Origin: Candidatus Marinacidobacterales bacterium | Lineage (GTDB): Bacteria > Acidobacteriota > Vicinamibacteria > Marinacidobacterales > DATDRI01 | DNA length: 64,000 bases | Assembly: GCA_965226495.1 (NCBI GenBank) | Contig: OZ245365.1 | Coordinates: 3,296,001 to 3,360,000, forward strand | Direction of reading: 5' to 3' | Shown here: positions 1-11,500 of the stretch, piece after piece | Numbering within the stretch: position 1 is the stretch's first letter | Layout of the letters: every line of letters starts with the position of its first letter | Notes under the pieces: model-generated | Seen by the model: only the letters and a program-made list of their open reading frames with translations | What the model was told of the DNA's origin: nothing | Databases searched by the model: none | Made by a program: the position numbers and the translations under genes

Positions 1-144
1 GACTTCGATCCGGTAGTTCGCGTTGCGAGTCGTTGCGTCGTCCGTCTCGACCAGCTCTTCCTGCGCTAAGAGGAGTGAAACTGACGACAATCCGAGCGCT
101 GCGACCCAGGCCGAGCATCGGAGAAGGGAAATGAGACGCTTCAT
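1..144 (-). CDS. Partial (runs off window start) putative secreted protein
   Basis: ATG at 144 on minus strand preceded by GGAGG; reads MKRLISLLRCSAWVAALGLSSVSLLLAQEELVETDD..., signal-peptide-like; open to position 1; absent from ORF track. Confidence 0.5.
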   Translation of the reverse strand, partial: MKRLISLLRCSAWVAALGLSSVSLLLAQEELVETDDATTRNANYRIEV

Positions 145-265
145 GAAGGCCTCCTGCCAAACGACATTTTCAAAAAGACAAATCCGAAAAACGCGTGATT
201 ATAAGACTCTCCGTTGCTGGTTTCAAACCGCGGTATACTCTTCGCACCTGCCTAGGAGGATCGCC

Positions 266-1180
266 ATGAAGATTGCCGTTACCGGCGCCACCGGCCTAAT
301 CGGCGCCGCTCTCAGCGAGCGGCTTCACAAGCAAGGAAACGAAATCGTGGCGATCACGCGACGAAAGAAACTCTCTTCACCTTATTCCCCTTATACGGTC
401 GTCCATTGGGATGTGGAGCGAGGGAAGCTCGATGCGTCGGCCCTCGAGGGTGTCGACGCGGTCGTACACTTGGCCGGAGAGACGATCGCGGAACGATGGA
501 CCGCCCCAAAAAAGGCGCTCATCCGAAGCAGCCGCGTCGAGGGCACCAAGCTTCTGGTCGAAGGCTTGAAGAGTCTCTCCAAACGACCTTCGGTCCTCGT
601 CAGCTCATCCGCGCTCGGCTTTTACGGAAACCGGGGTGACGAAGAGCTAGACGAGAGTGCCGCCCCCGGGACCGGATACTTGCCGGAGGTCTGTCAAGAG
701 TGGGAATCAGAGGCGGCCCGTGCGAAGGAGCTCGGAATGAGAGTCGTGAGCATGCGGGGTGGCATCGCCTTGTCCACGAGAGGAGGCGCGTTGGCGAAAA
801 TGCTATTGCCATTCAAGCTCGGTTTGGGCGGGCCGCTGGGAAGTGGGCGCCAGTGGATGTCTTGGATCCATATTGATGACGTCGTGGGCGGGTACCACTT
901 CGCCCTCCACCAGCCGGGGTTCGATGGTGTCGCCAACTTGACCGCGCCCCGGCCGGTTCGAAACAAAGAATTCACCAAGGCGCTAGGGCGGGCGTTGTCC
1001 CGGCCGGCCTTCCTCCCGACTCCGGGGTTTGCGCTGAAGCTGGCTTTCGGAGAAATGGCCAAGGATCTGCTACTGGACGGCCAGAAGGTCTTGCCTCGCC
1101 GCTTGGAGCAGGCCGGGTACAAGTTCCAGCACCCCGGTTTGGACGAGGCGTTACAAGACGTCATCTCAGCGCGAAAATAG
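266..1180 (+). CDS. TIGR01777/YfcH-like NAD-dependent epimerase (SDR family)
   Basis: Start moved to MKIAVTGATGLIG (Rossmann motif) after AGGAGGA; VHLAGE, GGALAKM, GSGRQWMSWIHIDD motifs. Confidence 0.9.
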   Translation: MKIAVTGATGLIGAALSERLHKQGNEIVAITRRKKLSSPYSPYTVVHWDVERGKLDASALEGVDAVVHLAGETIAERWTAPKKALIRSSRVEGTKLLVEGLKSLSKRPSVLVSSSALGFYGNRGDEELDESAAPGTGYLPEVCQEWESEAARAKELGMRVVSMRGGIALSTRGGALAKMLLPFKLGLGGPLGSGRQWMSWIHIDDVVGGYHFALHQPGFDGVANLTAPRPVRNKEFTKALGRALSRPAFLPTPGFALKLAFGEMAKDLLLDGQKVLPRRLEQAGYKFQHPGLDEALQDVISARK

Positions 1181-1241
1181 CCTCCCCGACCGCCGGGGGC
1201 CCCCATCGAGCTCGATGTCGAGCCTGATATAATGGCACAAC

Positions 1242-3551
1242 ATGGAATTTGACGTTGCTCCGGAGGATCTCGCGAGAACTCCTGAACAACCCTCCGAACC
1301 CTCGAATCGCGGCGCGCGCCTGGTGCATTGGCTGGTCCTGCTCTTCCTGTTCGTGTTGTCCGTCGCGGGAGGCTCGCTCACCGGGCTGCTGATTGCGTAT
1401 CAGACAGATCTACCCCAAATCGAGACCCTGGAGGACTACAAGCCGAGCATCATCTCCGAACTCTACTCCGACGAAGGTAACGTCATCGCGGAGTTCGCGG
1501 TGGAACGGCGGGTGGTGATCCCCTTCGAAGAAATCCCGCAATACCTCAAGGACGCTCTGGTGGCGACCGAGGATCAACATTTCTATCGGCATCCAGGGAT
1601 CGACCCCACCGGGATCGCGCGCGCGGCATACGTAAACCTCGTTCAAGGGCGCCGCGGCCAGGGGGGAAGTACGATCACGCAGCAACTCTCACGCCTACTG
1701 TTCCTCACGCCGGACAAGACCTACGAGAGGAAGATCAAAGAGGCCATTCTTGCCTTTCAGATCGAGAAGAACTACACGAAGGAAGAGATACTCACCCTCT
1801 ATTGCAACCAGGTGCCGCTCGGAAAGGGCGTCTACGGCGTTGAGGCAGCAGCACAGTTCTATTTCGGCAGGTCGACGCGAGATTTGTCACTCGAGGAAGC
1901 CGCTCTGATCGCCGGCTTACCCGGCCGCCCGGCGACATTCAACCCGTTTGACAATCCGGAGCGGGCATTCGTGCGCAGGAACCACGTCCTGAACCGCATG
2001 TACGAGGAGGGGTTCGTACTGGAGGAAGTCAAAAACACCCTTCAGGAGAGACCCATTCAGGTCCGCCGACGGCAGCGCAGCGACGGGCTGGCCGCCTACT
2101 TCGTGGAGGAAGTCCGGCAGTATTTGGAGCGAAAGTACGGAAGCCAGCGGATCTACCGCGGAGGACTTCGCGTCTACACGACGTTGAGCGAAAGCATGCA
2201 ACGGTCGGCCGAAAAGGCTATGGACCAAGCCCTCCGAGATCTCGACAAGCGGCAGGGGTTCCGCCCGGTTGAGTTCAACGTACACAGAGACACGGAAGGC
2301 GCCATCGACGATTTCGTGGCCGACGATTGGGGAGAGCCGCTTTCGGTCGGGGAAGTCGTGACCGGGGTGGTTACCGCGGTCGATGACCGAAAGGCGACGG
2401 TGCGCATCGATCGCTACACCGCAACGGTGGATGCCAAAGCCATTGAGTGGACGAAAGAAAAAAGGCCCAGCGCTATTCTCAAATTGGGCGACGTCACCGA
2501 TTTCAAGATCCAGTCCATCGACCCACCTACCGAGACCGTGACCGTGACACTCGAGCAAGAACCGGTGGCCGAAGGAGCCTTCCTGGCCCTCGAGACCAGA
2601 ACCGGCCAAATCAAAGCAATGTTTGGTGGCTTCGACTTCGCGCGCAGCAAGTTCAATCGTGCCGTGCAGGCGCGCCGACAGCCCGGATCGGCGTTCAAGC
2701 CTTTCGCTTATGCCGCAGCGATTGACGCCGGATTCACCGCCACTTCCCTCATCCTCGATGCCCCGGTCCGATATCAAGATCCGATAACGGAGGAGATCTA
2801 CGAGCCATCGAACTACAACGGCAAGTACGAAGGATGGGTCACTCTTCGCCGAGCGCTCGAGGCCTCTCGCAACGTTCCGGCGGTCCGTTTGACCGAACAG
2901 ATCGGACCCGAAAAAGTTGCGGAAATGGCCCGGCGATTGGGACTAGCCGGACCCCTTCCACCTTTTTTGAGTCTACCGTTGGGTTCAGCGGAAGCGAGTC
3001 TCATCGAAATGGTCTCGGCCTACTCGGCATTTCCCAATCAGGGGATCCGAATGCGGCCGTTTCTCGTTACCAAGGTGACGGATCGGGACGGTAACCTCCT
3101 CGAGGAGACCCATCCGAAGGCGGCCAGTGCCATCCGCGCCGACACGGCGTACATTGTGACCAGCCTGATGCAGGGCGTCGTCCGACGAGGCACCGCCGCG
3201 CGGGCAGCTCAATTGGGGCGGCCCATGGCGGGTAAGACCGGAACCACCAACGACTATACGGACGCGTGGTTCATCGGATTCGACCCCGGGCTCGCCGCGG
3301 GCGTTTGGGTCGGCTTCGACGAGAAACGCTCCCTGGGCGAGAAAGAAGTGGGAGCACGGACCGCCCTTCCCGCTTGGATCCAATTCATGCGTGAAGTGCG
3401 GGCGGATCAACCGGTCGAGGACTTCCCCGTTCCCTCGAACATCGTCTTTGTTCCGGTGGATCGGCACACCGGCTATCCGAGCCACAGTTCGGGCAAGGAT
3501 GTTATTTTGGAGGCGTATATTAGTGGAACCGAACCGGCTGGCTACCCTTGA
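1242..3551 (+). CDS. mrcA: Class A penicillin-binding protein 1A
   Basis: N-terminal TM; transglycosylase motifs EDQHFYRHPGID and GGSTITQQL; transpeptidase SAFK, SRN and KTG motifs. Confidence 0.93.
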   Translation: MEFDVAPEDLARTPEQPSEPSNRGARLVHWLVLLFLFVLSVAGGSLTGLLIAYQTDLPQIETLEDYKPSIISELYSDEGNVIAEFAVERRVVIPFEEIPQYLKDALVATEDQHFYRHPGIDPTGIARAAYVNLVQGRRGQGGSTITQQLSRLLFLTPDKTYERKIKEAILAFQIEKNYTKEEILTLYCNQVPLGKGVYGVEAAAQFYFGRSTRDLSLEEAALIAGLPGRPATFNPFDNPERAFVRRNHVLNRMYEEGFVLEEVKNTLQERPIQVRRRQRSDGLAAYFVEEVRQYLERKYGSQRIYRGGLRVYTTLSESMQRSAEKAMDQALRDLDKRQGFRPVEFNVHRDTEGAIDDFVADDWGEPLSVGEVVTGVVTAVDDRKATVRIDRYTATVDAKAIEWTKEKRPSAILKLGDVTDFKIQSIDPPTETVTVTLEQEPVAEGAFLALETRTGQIKAMFGGFDFARSKFNRAVQARRQPGSAFKPFAYAAAIDAGFTATSLILDAPVRYQDPITEEIYEPSNYNGKYEGWVTLRRALEASRNVPAVRLTEQIGPEKVAEMARRLGLAGPLPPFLSLPLGSAEASLIEMVSAYSAFPNQGIRMRPFLVTKVTDRDGNLLEETHPKAASAIRADTAYIVTSLMQGVVRRGTAARAAQLGRPMAGKTGTTNDYTDAWFIGFDPGLAAGVWVGFDEKRSLGEKEVGARTALPAWIQFMREVRADQPVEDFPVPSNIVFVPVDRHTGYPSHSSGKDVILEAYISGTEPAGYP

Positions 3552-3663
3552 CGCGCTGTTTGCCGCCAAAACAGGACTCGGCACGACCGGAGGTGGCCAG
3601 GCGGCGGAACAGAGCCAGCGGGCTATCCTTAAGTAGACCATCCCTAAACGGAGTGAGAAGCCA

Positions 3664-4281
3664 ATGAAAAAAGTTTTTGCTGCAGGATGTGGCGTCCTCA
3701 TCGTGGTGGCATTGCTGGTCGCCGCGGTCGGGGTGCTCTGGGGCCTCGGGTCTTACAACCGACTGGTCGGCCTCGAGGAGCAGGTCAATGCCTCCTGGTC
3801 CCAGGTCGAGAACGTGTATCAGCGGCGAGCCGACTTGATTCCCAACTTGGTGAACACCGTCCAGGGCGCGGCGGACTTCGAAAGGGAAACCCTGACCGCG
3901 GTCATCGAGGCCCGAGCCAAAGCCACGTCCGTCCAGCTAACTCCGGGAGAGCTGAGCGATCCCCAAGCGCTGGCCCGATTCGAGCAAGCCCAGAGCGGAC
4001 TGGGAAGCGCCCTCGGACGCCTGATGGTGGTCGTGGAGCGTTACCCCGATATCAAGGCCAATCAGAACTTCATCCAGCTCCAAGACGAGTTGGCCGGCAC
4101 GGAGAACCGAATCGCTGTCGAACGCAAACGCTTTAATGAATCCGCCCAGGGCTTCAATACCGCGCGGCGACGCTTCCCCGCTGTCTTGATCGCCGGGTGG
4201 CTGGGATTCGATGAGAAGGCCTATTTCCAGGCGACTCCGGGAGCCGACCAACCTCCGGTCGTCGACTTCGATAACAACTGA
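3664..4281 (+). CDS. lemA: LemA family protein
   Basis: YNRLV...WSQVENVYQRRADLIPNLV, ERYPDIKANQNF, LAGTENRIAVER. Confidence 0.95.
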   Translation: MKKVFAAGCGVLIVVALLVAAVGVLWGLGSYNRLVGLEEQVNASWSQVENVYQRRADLIPNLVNTVQGAADFERETLTAVIEARAKATSVQLTPGELSDPQALARFEQAQSGLGSALGRLMVVVERYPDIKANQNFIQLQDELAGTENRIAVERKRFNESAQGFNTARRRFPAVLIAGWLGFDEKAYFQATPGADQPPVVDFDNN

Positions 4282-4331
4282 CAAACGTCCGGGATCACGT
4301 TCCAAGCGCCACCCACTTGGCCGGCTCAAAA

Positions 4332-4352
4332 TCTAAGCGTTTAACACTCAAC
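4332..4352. promoter_or_regulatory. Degenerate HAIR-like (HspR operator) site upstream of lon
   Basis: TCTAAGC-N7-ACTCAAC versus consensus CTTGAGT-N7-ACTCAAG (right half 6/7, left half 3/7); hspR is in the window. Confidence 0.4.
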
Positions 4353-4406
4353 TTAAATCAATAACTCGCCTATAAACAATTAGTTAACAAACCATACCGT
4401 CATGCC

Positions 4407-4435
4407 TTGACAATCATCCACTAAGTTTGTATAGT
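4407..4435 (+). promoter_or_regulatory. Sigma70-type promoter of lon
   Basis: TTGACA-17 bp-TATAGT in AT-rich intergenic DNA. Confidence 0.75.
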
Positions 4436-4589
4436 TAGTAAGAAGTTCCGGGTCGATTCCAGCAATCACTGGTGCCTTACGGTCTTGACTCGCGGCACGC
4501 CATGATTTGGACGGGCGTCTGACGAGCTAGTTCGTGGCAAGGCCTGCTTTGACGCCAAACCAGTTCGACCGGAAGACCGAGGAGAATAG

Positions 4590-7022
4590 ATGACAACCCA
4601 AGAGCAGAAAACGACGACCCCAGAGGGAATCCATGAGTCGGTTCCTATCCTCCCCTTGCGAGACACATCGATATTTCCACACTCCATCCTTCCCCTTGCC
4701 GTAGGTCGAGAAAGCACAGTGCAGTTACTCGAGGAGAACTCGGACACCGCGGAGTTCATTGGCGTGGTAACCCAGCGTGATGCCACCGTCGAAACTCCGA
4801 ACGGCTCCGACCTCTACGAAGTGGGCACGGGGGTCAAGATTCACAAATCGGTTCGAATGCCCGATCGGTCGGTTCGGTTGGTTGTTCAGGGCTTGTTCCG
4901 ATTCCGGGTGCTTCGCGTAGTCCAGACCGCTCCGTACGTCCGCGCCGACATCGAGGTCGTCTCGGATTTCGCCTCCCCCGAAGAAGAGCTCGAGATCGAT
5001 GCTCTGACCCGCAACCTACAGTCGGTCTTCTCCAAAGTCGTCGAGCTTTCACCCAATCTGTCGGACGAGGTCAGCTCGCTGAGCTCCGCCACCCAAGGGG
5101 GCAGCCGCCTGGCAGACTTCATCGCGCAGAACCTCCCCAATCTAGATACGCCGGCCCGCCAGACCGTGCTCGAGGCCGTGGATGTTAAGAAACGGTTGAC
5201 ACTCGTGCACCAGGCCTTGTTGCGGGAGCAGGAAGTGCTCGAGTTGGGGAACAAGATCGAATCGCAGGTCAAGGACGAGGTGGGAAAGACCCAACGCGAG
5301 TATTACCTGCGGGAGCAGCTCAAGGCCATTCAAAAGGAGCTGGGCGAGAACGACGAGAACACAAAAGAGATCGAGGAGCTCCGCCAGAAAATAGAAGACG
5401 CGGGGATGCCGGAAGAGGCCAAGAAAGAGGCCCTGCGGGAAGTCAACCGCCTGGCCAAGATTCCGCCAGCCTCTGCCGAGTACACGGTGGGACGCACCTA
5501 TCTCGATTGGGTCGTCCGCGTGCCTTGGTCCAAGCGCACCGAGGACGTCTACGATATTCCAAAGGCCAAAGAGATCCTAGAGGCGGACCACTACGACCTG
5601 GAGAAGGTCAAGGACCGGATCTTGGAGTTCCTGGCGGTTCGAAAGATGAAGCCGGACATCAAAGGCCCCATCCTGTGCTTCGTGGGCCCCCCGGGCGTCG
5701 GCAAGACGAGCCTCGGCAAGTCGATCGCCAAATCCCTAGGCAGGAAGTTCTCTCGCATCAGCCTGGGCGGGATTCGCGACGAGGCGGAGATCCGAGGTCA
5801 CCGGAGAACCTATATCGGGGCACTGCCGGGTCAGATCATCCAAAGCATTTGCCGCGCTGAGTCCAGAAACCCGGTGTTCATTTTGGACGAGATCGACAAA
5901 CTGGGAATGGACTTCCGTGGCGATCCGAGCTCCGCCCTGCTGGAAGTACTCGATCCCGAGCAGAACAACTCTTTCCGGGATCACTACGTGGACCTGCCGT
6001 TCGATCTGTCTGAGGTACTCTTCATCGCCACCGCCAACATCATGGATCCCGTTCCGCCGGCCCTCAAGGACCGCCTGGAAGTCATCCATCTGGCCGGTTA
6101 CACCGAGGAAGAGAAGATCCAGATCGCGGAAAGGCATCTCATCCCACGCCAGCTCGAAAATCACGGGCTGAAACCGGACGTCGCCCCCCGATTCACCCGT
6201 GAGGCCCTGGCGGAAATTATCCGCCACTACACGAAAGAAGCCGGTCTCCGAAACGTGGAGCGCGCTATTGCCTCGATTTGCCGCAAGGCGATAAGGAAGT
6301 GGGCGGAGGGTGCTACGGAACCGGTCACCGTAACCCCAGACTCCCTTCAGGAATTCCTGGGTGCACCGACCTTTCTTTCTCGCGAAATTTCCGAGAGAGT
6401 CAAGGTGCCCGGAGTCGCAATCGGAATGGCTTGGACTCCGGTCGGCGGAGATATCCTGTTCGTCGAGGCCTCCAAGCTGAAGGGTGGCAAGAACCTCCAA
6501 CTGACTGGCCAACTGGGCGACGTCATGAAAGAGTCGGCGCGCGCCGCGCTCACGTGGGTCAGGGCTCACGGTCTGGAGTTCGGTCTAGAGGGTGATTTCT
6601 ACCGTCGACTCGACCTCCACCTTCACGTCCCTGAAGGCTCGATCCCAAAGGATGGCCCTTCGGCGGGTGTAACCATGGTCACCGCCTTGGTGTCCGTGCT
6701 GACGGGAACTCCGGTGCGCGCCGACATCGCCATGACTGGAGAAATCACGCTCACCGGACACGTCCTACCGGTAGGCGGCCTGAAAGAGAAGCTGCTTGCC
6801 GCACACCGCTACGGGATCAAGAAAGTAATCATTCCCAAGCTGAACGAAAAAGCAGTGCTAGAGGATCTTAGTGAAGAGATTCGCGAGGAGCTCGAGATCC
6901 ATTTGGTCTCGAACCTGGAAGAAGTTTTGAATATCGTCTTCCCTTCCCTGGCTCCGGGCCTGCTACCGCCAGGCCCGCTGCCGGAAGGGACCGACCCTTC
7001 GCATCAAATCCCCTTGCAGTGA
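4590..7022 (+). CDS. lon: ATP-dependent protease La (Lon)
   Basis: LON N-domain, Walker [10 protein letters not shown], Walker B ILDEIDK, catalytic PKDGPSAG and GGLKEK. Confidence 0.97.
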   Translation: MTTQEQKTTTPEGIHESVPILPLRDTSIFPHSILPLAVGRESTVQLLEENSDTAEFIGVVTQRDATVETPNGSDLYEVGTGVKIHKSVRMPDRSVRLVVQGLFRFRVLRVVQTAPYVRADIEVVSDFASPEEELEIDALTRNLQSVFSKVVELSPNLSDEVSSLSSATQGGSRLADFIAQNLPNLDTPARQTVLEAVDVKKRLTLVHQALLREQEVLELGNKIESQVKDEVGKTQREYYLREQLKAIQKELGENDENTKEIEELRQKIEDAGMPEEAKKEALREVNRLAKIPPASAEYTVGRTYLDWVVRVPWSKRTEDVYDIPKAKEILEADHYDLEKVKDRILEFLAVRKMKPDIKGPILCFVGPPGVGKTSLGKSIAKSLGRKFSRISLGGIRDEAEIRGHRRTYIGALPGQIIQSICRAESRNPVFILDEIDKLGMDFRGDPSSALLEVLDPEQNNSFRDHYVDLPFDLSEVLFIATANIMDPVPPALKDRLEVIHLAGYTEEEKIQIAERHLIPRQLENHGLKPDVAPRFTREALAEIIRHYTKEAGLRNVERAIASICRKAIRKWAEGATEPVTVTPDSLQEFLGAPTFLSREISERVKVPGVAIGMAWTPVGGDILFVEASKLKGGKNLQLTGQLGDVMKESARAALTWVRAHGLEFGLEGDFYRRLDLHLHVPEGSIPKDGPSAGVTMVTALVSVLTGTPVRADIAMTGEITLTGHVLPVGGLKEKLLAAHRYGIKKVIIPKLNEKAVLEDLSEEIREELEIHLVSNLEEVLNIVFPSLAPGLLPPGPLPEGTDPSHQIPLQ

Positions 7023-7037
7023 TCGGATTGTTCGGCT

Positions 7038-8069
7038 GTGGATTACAAGGATTACTACCAGACGCTGGGCGTCTCGAAGGGTACCAGCCAAAAGGATATC
7101 AAGCAGGCGTATCGGCGCCAGGCCCGCAAACACCATCCCGACGTGAACCCCGGTGATCGCGGAGCCGAAGTCCGCTTCAAGGAGATCAACGAGGCCTACG
7201 CTGTCCTTTCCGACTCCGAAAAACGACAGAAATACGATCAGCTCGGCGCCAATTGGCAGCAGTACGAGCGGGTCGCACAGCAAGATGGAGGCGGTTTTCC
7301 ACCGGGATTTGAAGGATTCCACGTCGAGTTCGAAGGGCAGCCTGGTGCGGAGCGGCCGGGAGGTTTCTCCGACTTCTTCAAGATTTTCTTCGGGGAGGGC
7401 TTCGACGCCGACTCGATCCGTGGAGGGACCGGGCCCGAATCGGGGCGACGCCGTGGGCGAAGAGGTGCCCGCCGCGGACCTCGAGCGGGCGGTTTCGGTT
7501 TCGATGCTCCCGCGTCCAAAGGGCGTGACGTTTCCGCCCCACTAGAGATAACGCTGGAAGATGCGTTTCGTGGCAGCCAAAGGCGACTCGCTCTGCAGAA
7601 CAATTCAGGCTCGCCCCAGCAACAGATCGAGGTCAAGATCCCGCCAGGAGTAAAGGACGGCTCTCGAGTACGCGTGGCCGGCAAGGGTGAGCCCGGGGTC
7701 GGCGGTGCTCCTTCCGGCGATCTCTACCTCGACGTCAAGCTTCTCCCACATTCGCTCTATCGTCGTGAGGGCGACGATCTCTACGTCGACGTCCCGGTAA
7801 CGGTAACCGAGGCGGCGCTCGGTGCCGAAGTCGAGGTCCCCACTTTTTCCGGCAAGACGCGCATCAAGGTCCCCGCTGGCTCTCAAAGCGGGAGGCTCTT
7901 ACGGCTCCGTGAAAAAGGCATGCCGCAGCTCAAGAAGGACGGCCACGGCGATCTCTTTGCGAGAGTGAAAGTGGTCACGCCTACGGAACTTTCCGAAAAG
8001 GAACGCGAGCTCCTCGAAGAGCTCAATAGTCTGCGCAGCGAAGACCTCCGAGCCCACTTCGGTAACTGA
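7038..8069 (+). CDS. Class B J-domain chaperone (CbpA-like, no zinc finger)
   Basis: KDYY...KHHPD J domain, G/F region with FSDFF, C-terminal GDL repeats, no CxxCxGxG. Confidence 0.9.
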   Translation: MDYKDYYQTLGVSKGTSQKDIKQAYRRQARKHHPDVNPGDRGAEVRFKEINEAYAVLSDSEKRQKYDQLGANWQQYERVAQQDGGGFPPGFEGFHVEFEGQPGAERPGGFSDFFKIFFGEGFDADSIRGGTGPESGRRRGRRGARRGPRAGGFGFDAPASKGRDVSAPLEITLEDAFRGSQRRLALQNNSGSPQQQIEVKIPPGVKDGSRVRVAGKGEPGVGGAPSGDLYLDVKLLPHSLYRREGDDLYVDVPVTVTEAALGAEVEVPTFSGKTRIKVPAGSQSGRLLRLREKGMPQLKKDGHGDLFARVKVVTPTELSEKERELLEELNSLRSEDLRAHFGN

Positions 8070-8078
8070 CCTAACCGT

Positions 8079-8516
8079 CTAGTCTGACCCTCCCACCGTC
8101 ACCGTGACCTTCGCGGCATAGCTTGCAGCGTCGATGCGTTTTCCCGATTCGGTCTGCGGATCGAGCTCGGTGATTGCGATGGACACCTCCTCGAATTCCT
8201 GGACATCGCTGCCACCCGGCGGAACGCTGAACGTTAGATCGGTAGTACCGCCGTCTCGGGAAGCCTGAAAGATCACAATCGCCTCGCCGGCGACGATGCA
8301 ATTCGCGTCCTTCGGGCAGCGAGAGTCCCGAGTGACGGCAGAGAAAGTGATGGAGATGTCTACCTCTTCAAGACTGACCGATTCACCGACCGCGATCGAA
8401 AAAGACTCCCCTGCCGAATGCTCCGTTAGTGTGGTGCTCGCCGTCGGCGCACAGTCGGTGCCTGCCACCAGGACCCCGAGCTGGCTGACCAACGCCAAAG
8501 CGAACAACGTCTTCAT
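8079..8516 (-). CDS. Hypothetical secreted protein
   Basis: Start MKTLFALALV after AAGGAAGGAG; signal-like N-terminus; DSRCPKDANCIVAG motif. Confidence 0.65.
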   Translation of the reverse strand: MKTLFALALVSQLGVLVAGTDCAPTASTTLTEHSAGESFSIAVGESVSLEEVDISITFSAVTRDSRCPKDANCIVAGEAIVIFQASRDGGTTDLTFSVPPGGSDVQEFEEVSIAITELDPQTESGKRIDAASYAAKVTVTVGGSD

Positions 8517-8550
8517 TGTGGCCGACGGCGCTCCTTCCTTATCTTGGCCT

Positions 8551-11500
8551 TTATTGCGGCACGCAGATGACAATGTCATCCAATCCGGCCTCCACTAGAT
8601 CACCGGGGCCGGCACCATCCGAAACTTGTACGCGGAGGACCAGATCGCCGGGGTTGGCGACGGTCGTCGCCACCTGGGTCCACTCGGCGTTCAACGTCAC
8701 ATCCCCGATCGACACCAGGTTCGTTGTGAAGGTCGAGCCCCCATCGGTCGACACGTCGATGCTGAAGAAATCCCCCGCCGCGTCGTCCCCCTGATCTCGT
8801 TGGCCAAAGTAGTACCACAACGTGATTTGGACGTCGGAGTGCGCGTTCGCATCGATGGAGGTTGACAAAGCGGTACAGACGCCACCGTCGACGTCGTCGG
8901 TTCCCGCTCCACCGGCGTTCGGCTGGGTGAAGAACGCGTTGACACCAGTGGCCGAGTGATCGTCCTCCAGCTGCGTTGTGACGCCACTGTTCACGACTTG
9001 GTCGGGATTGCCGACCATCCAATCCCCTGTGGAACAGGTGCTGTCCGGTACGCTGTGGAACCAACCGCTGGGCCCCGCCTCGAAGTCCGTGGCAAGAAGG
9101 ATCTCGCCGCACACCGGAGGCAGTTCCTCGAAGATCCGCACATTCCGGAACGTCCCGTTGTTGTTCTGCGTTCCGGCGTCTTTGTCGTTCACCAGCACCA
9201 AAAACATGCCGCTGCCAGTATAGAACTCACCCACCTTGATCCGAAAGCTCACGAAGTTGCCTAGGTCGCTACTGGTGTACTGTTGCGCGTTTTGGAACGC
9301 ACCGCTCCAGTTCTGCGTGCCGAAGATCTCGAAGATCCGCGTGTTGTTGTTCAAGGTGTCGTCTTCGTCGAAACCAATACCATGGATCTCTCCCTTGGAG
9401 GTGCTCATGAACTCGAACTCGATGACCGTGGACGGTGTGACGTTGACCGTCTGCGTGGTGCGGCGCCAGCGGTTGCCTTCCAAGAAGAGACTCGCACCGG
9501 CCTCCTGCGGCTCAACCGTTCCGGTGCGGTCCTGGTTGGAGTACGAGACGGTCTGCGTGTTCTCCCAGTCGATGCAATCGTTGCATCCCCCCGTATCGGG
9601 ATTGATAGTGACCACTATCGAATCCGACCCGGAGAGGCCGCCATTGTCGGTGACGGCTGCGGTGATCGTGTGCGTGCCCAGCGACAATCCGGTTGTCGAG
9701 AACGAGCCACCCGAGCCGATCGCGTCGTCTAGGCTGGAGTTCCACGTCAGGTTCATCGTCACAACTCCGTCCTCGGTGTCGCTTGCACTGCCGACAAACA
9801 CGACAGAGGCTCCCGACATGAAACTCGAGTTGTCCGGCGGACTGCTGATCGTAACGCTCGGTGGCGTATTCGCCGCTCCGACGACCCGCACGCACGCGAA
9901 GCGACCGAGGTTCGTCGCCGAGCCTGCATCCTTGTCGTTCACGAAGACCAACCGCATGGAACTCCCGGTGTAGAACTGCCCCACCCGAATACTGAAGGTC
10001 TCGAACTCATCAGAGCCGGAGTAACGCGGCGAGAACTGGTTGGCGCCGGTCCAGTTTTGTGTGCCCCAGAACTGGAAGATGCGCACGTCGTTGCTGAGCT
10101 CCTGGTTCTCATCGAACCCGACGCCGTGGATTTCCCCCTCCGCGGCGCTCTGAAACTGGAACTCGATAACGGTGTCGGTGGTCACCTCGAAGCTGTCGGT
10201 CGACCGGCGCCAACGGTTGCCTTCTATGAGCAAGGTATCGCCGTCATTCTCGATGCTCAGCTCCCCGGTTCCGTCTTGATTGGAATATGCCTCGAGCGTG
10301 AATGCATTGAAGTCGATGCTACCGACCGGGCAGGTCGGCGGGTCGGGTGGGGTTAGGCAAGACGCAGGGAGGTTGAAGCCGTTGGTGGGGCTGGTACTGT
10401 TCGAGCCCCCGCTCACCGCGTCGGTGCCGAGTCCGTAGGCGGCGAAGACTTCCCAAAGTGCACAAACATCCTCCCCGGAAAAATTGTCGACTGCCACCTG
10501 GATGACGCCGTCGCGCGCGTCGACGAAGGTCGGCGAGCAAGCGGTGTTCTTCAAACCTTCGTTCACGTAAAGGAGCGCACGATGATTACCCGCTCCCGCG
10601 GTAGAGTCGTAGAGATCCGGGTCGAAGCCATGGTCGTCGACCAGCCGCCAATACATCTCCCAAAGAACTTGAGCCCATACGGAGCCCACGCCGTGAGGAA
10701 TGGATAGGCCGTTGATGCTCTCATAGGTGTAACTGTTGACCAGTGGATCGGTGCTATACCGCTGGGGGCGTATGCCTGGTCCATCGGCGGCCTGGCCGAA
10801 GAGATAAGTTCCAATGCCGCGCGCATCCAGTCCCGCATCCCCGACTTCCGCGGTGTAGACCAATGCGAACCAGTCGCTCCAACCTTCTCCACCCTGTTGG
10901 TTATTGTTGAGACAACTCGAGTTGCCAGGTCCCCCTACTTGGCGCACCGAGATGCCATGTCCGTACTCGTGCACGATAACGCCGTTGTCGAAGTCACCGT
11001 CTCTCGCAGGGCTTACGTTGTCACACAGGAACATCTGCATCCGTGGCCGCCCGCCATCGGTCGGCGTGGCGAAGTTCGCGTTGCAGGTGCCGCTCCCATC
11101 TTGGGCCTCGGCGCGCACGTCGTCCCCTCCGGCGCCCCCATTGCTGAAATTGTTGACCTGGAAATTGCCGCCTGCTTCATCGAAACCGTACTGATACTGG
11201 ACATCGTGAATGATGTTGTTCCAGTAGAACAGATTGGCGATGGCGGCGCTCCTGTAGTTGCTCGGCTCTTGGCTAAGGTCAACCGGAAAGTCGCAATTCA
11301 GTGACGCCCCGCAACTCGGCTGAGAGCCTGGAGGCGAGTCGTTGGCATCCGAGTCCTCGTAGGCATGGACGTTGTTTCCGCGCATAACGGTGTAGCTTGC
11401 GCTTCCGGTGTCGTGCCAACCGAGGGCTGAGGCCGTAGGGTCCGCCGGATCGGTTGCCAGTATCCTGGCCTCGGCCGGCGGAGACGGAGTTGTGTGCTGA

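Noticed and set aside
23-265. N-terminal extension of ORF 23..1180
   Set aside because: Overlaps a plausible divergent gene; the family motif and a strong RBS place the start at 266
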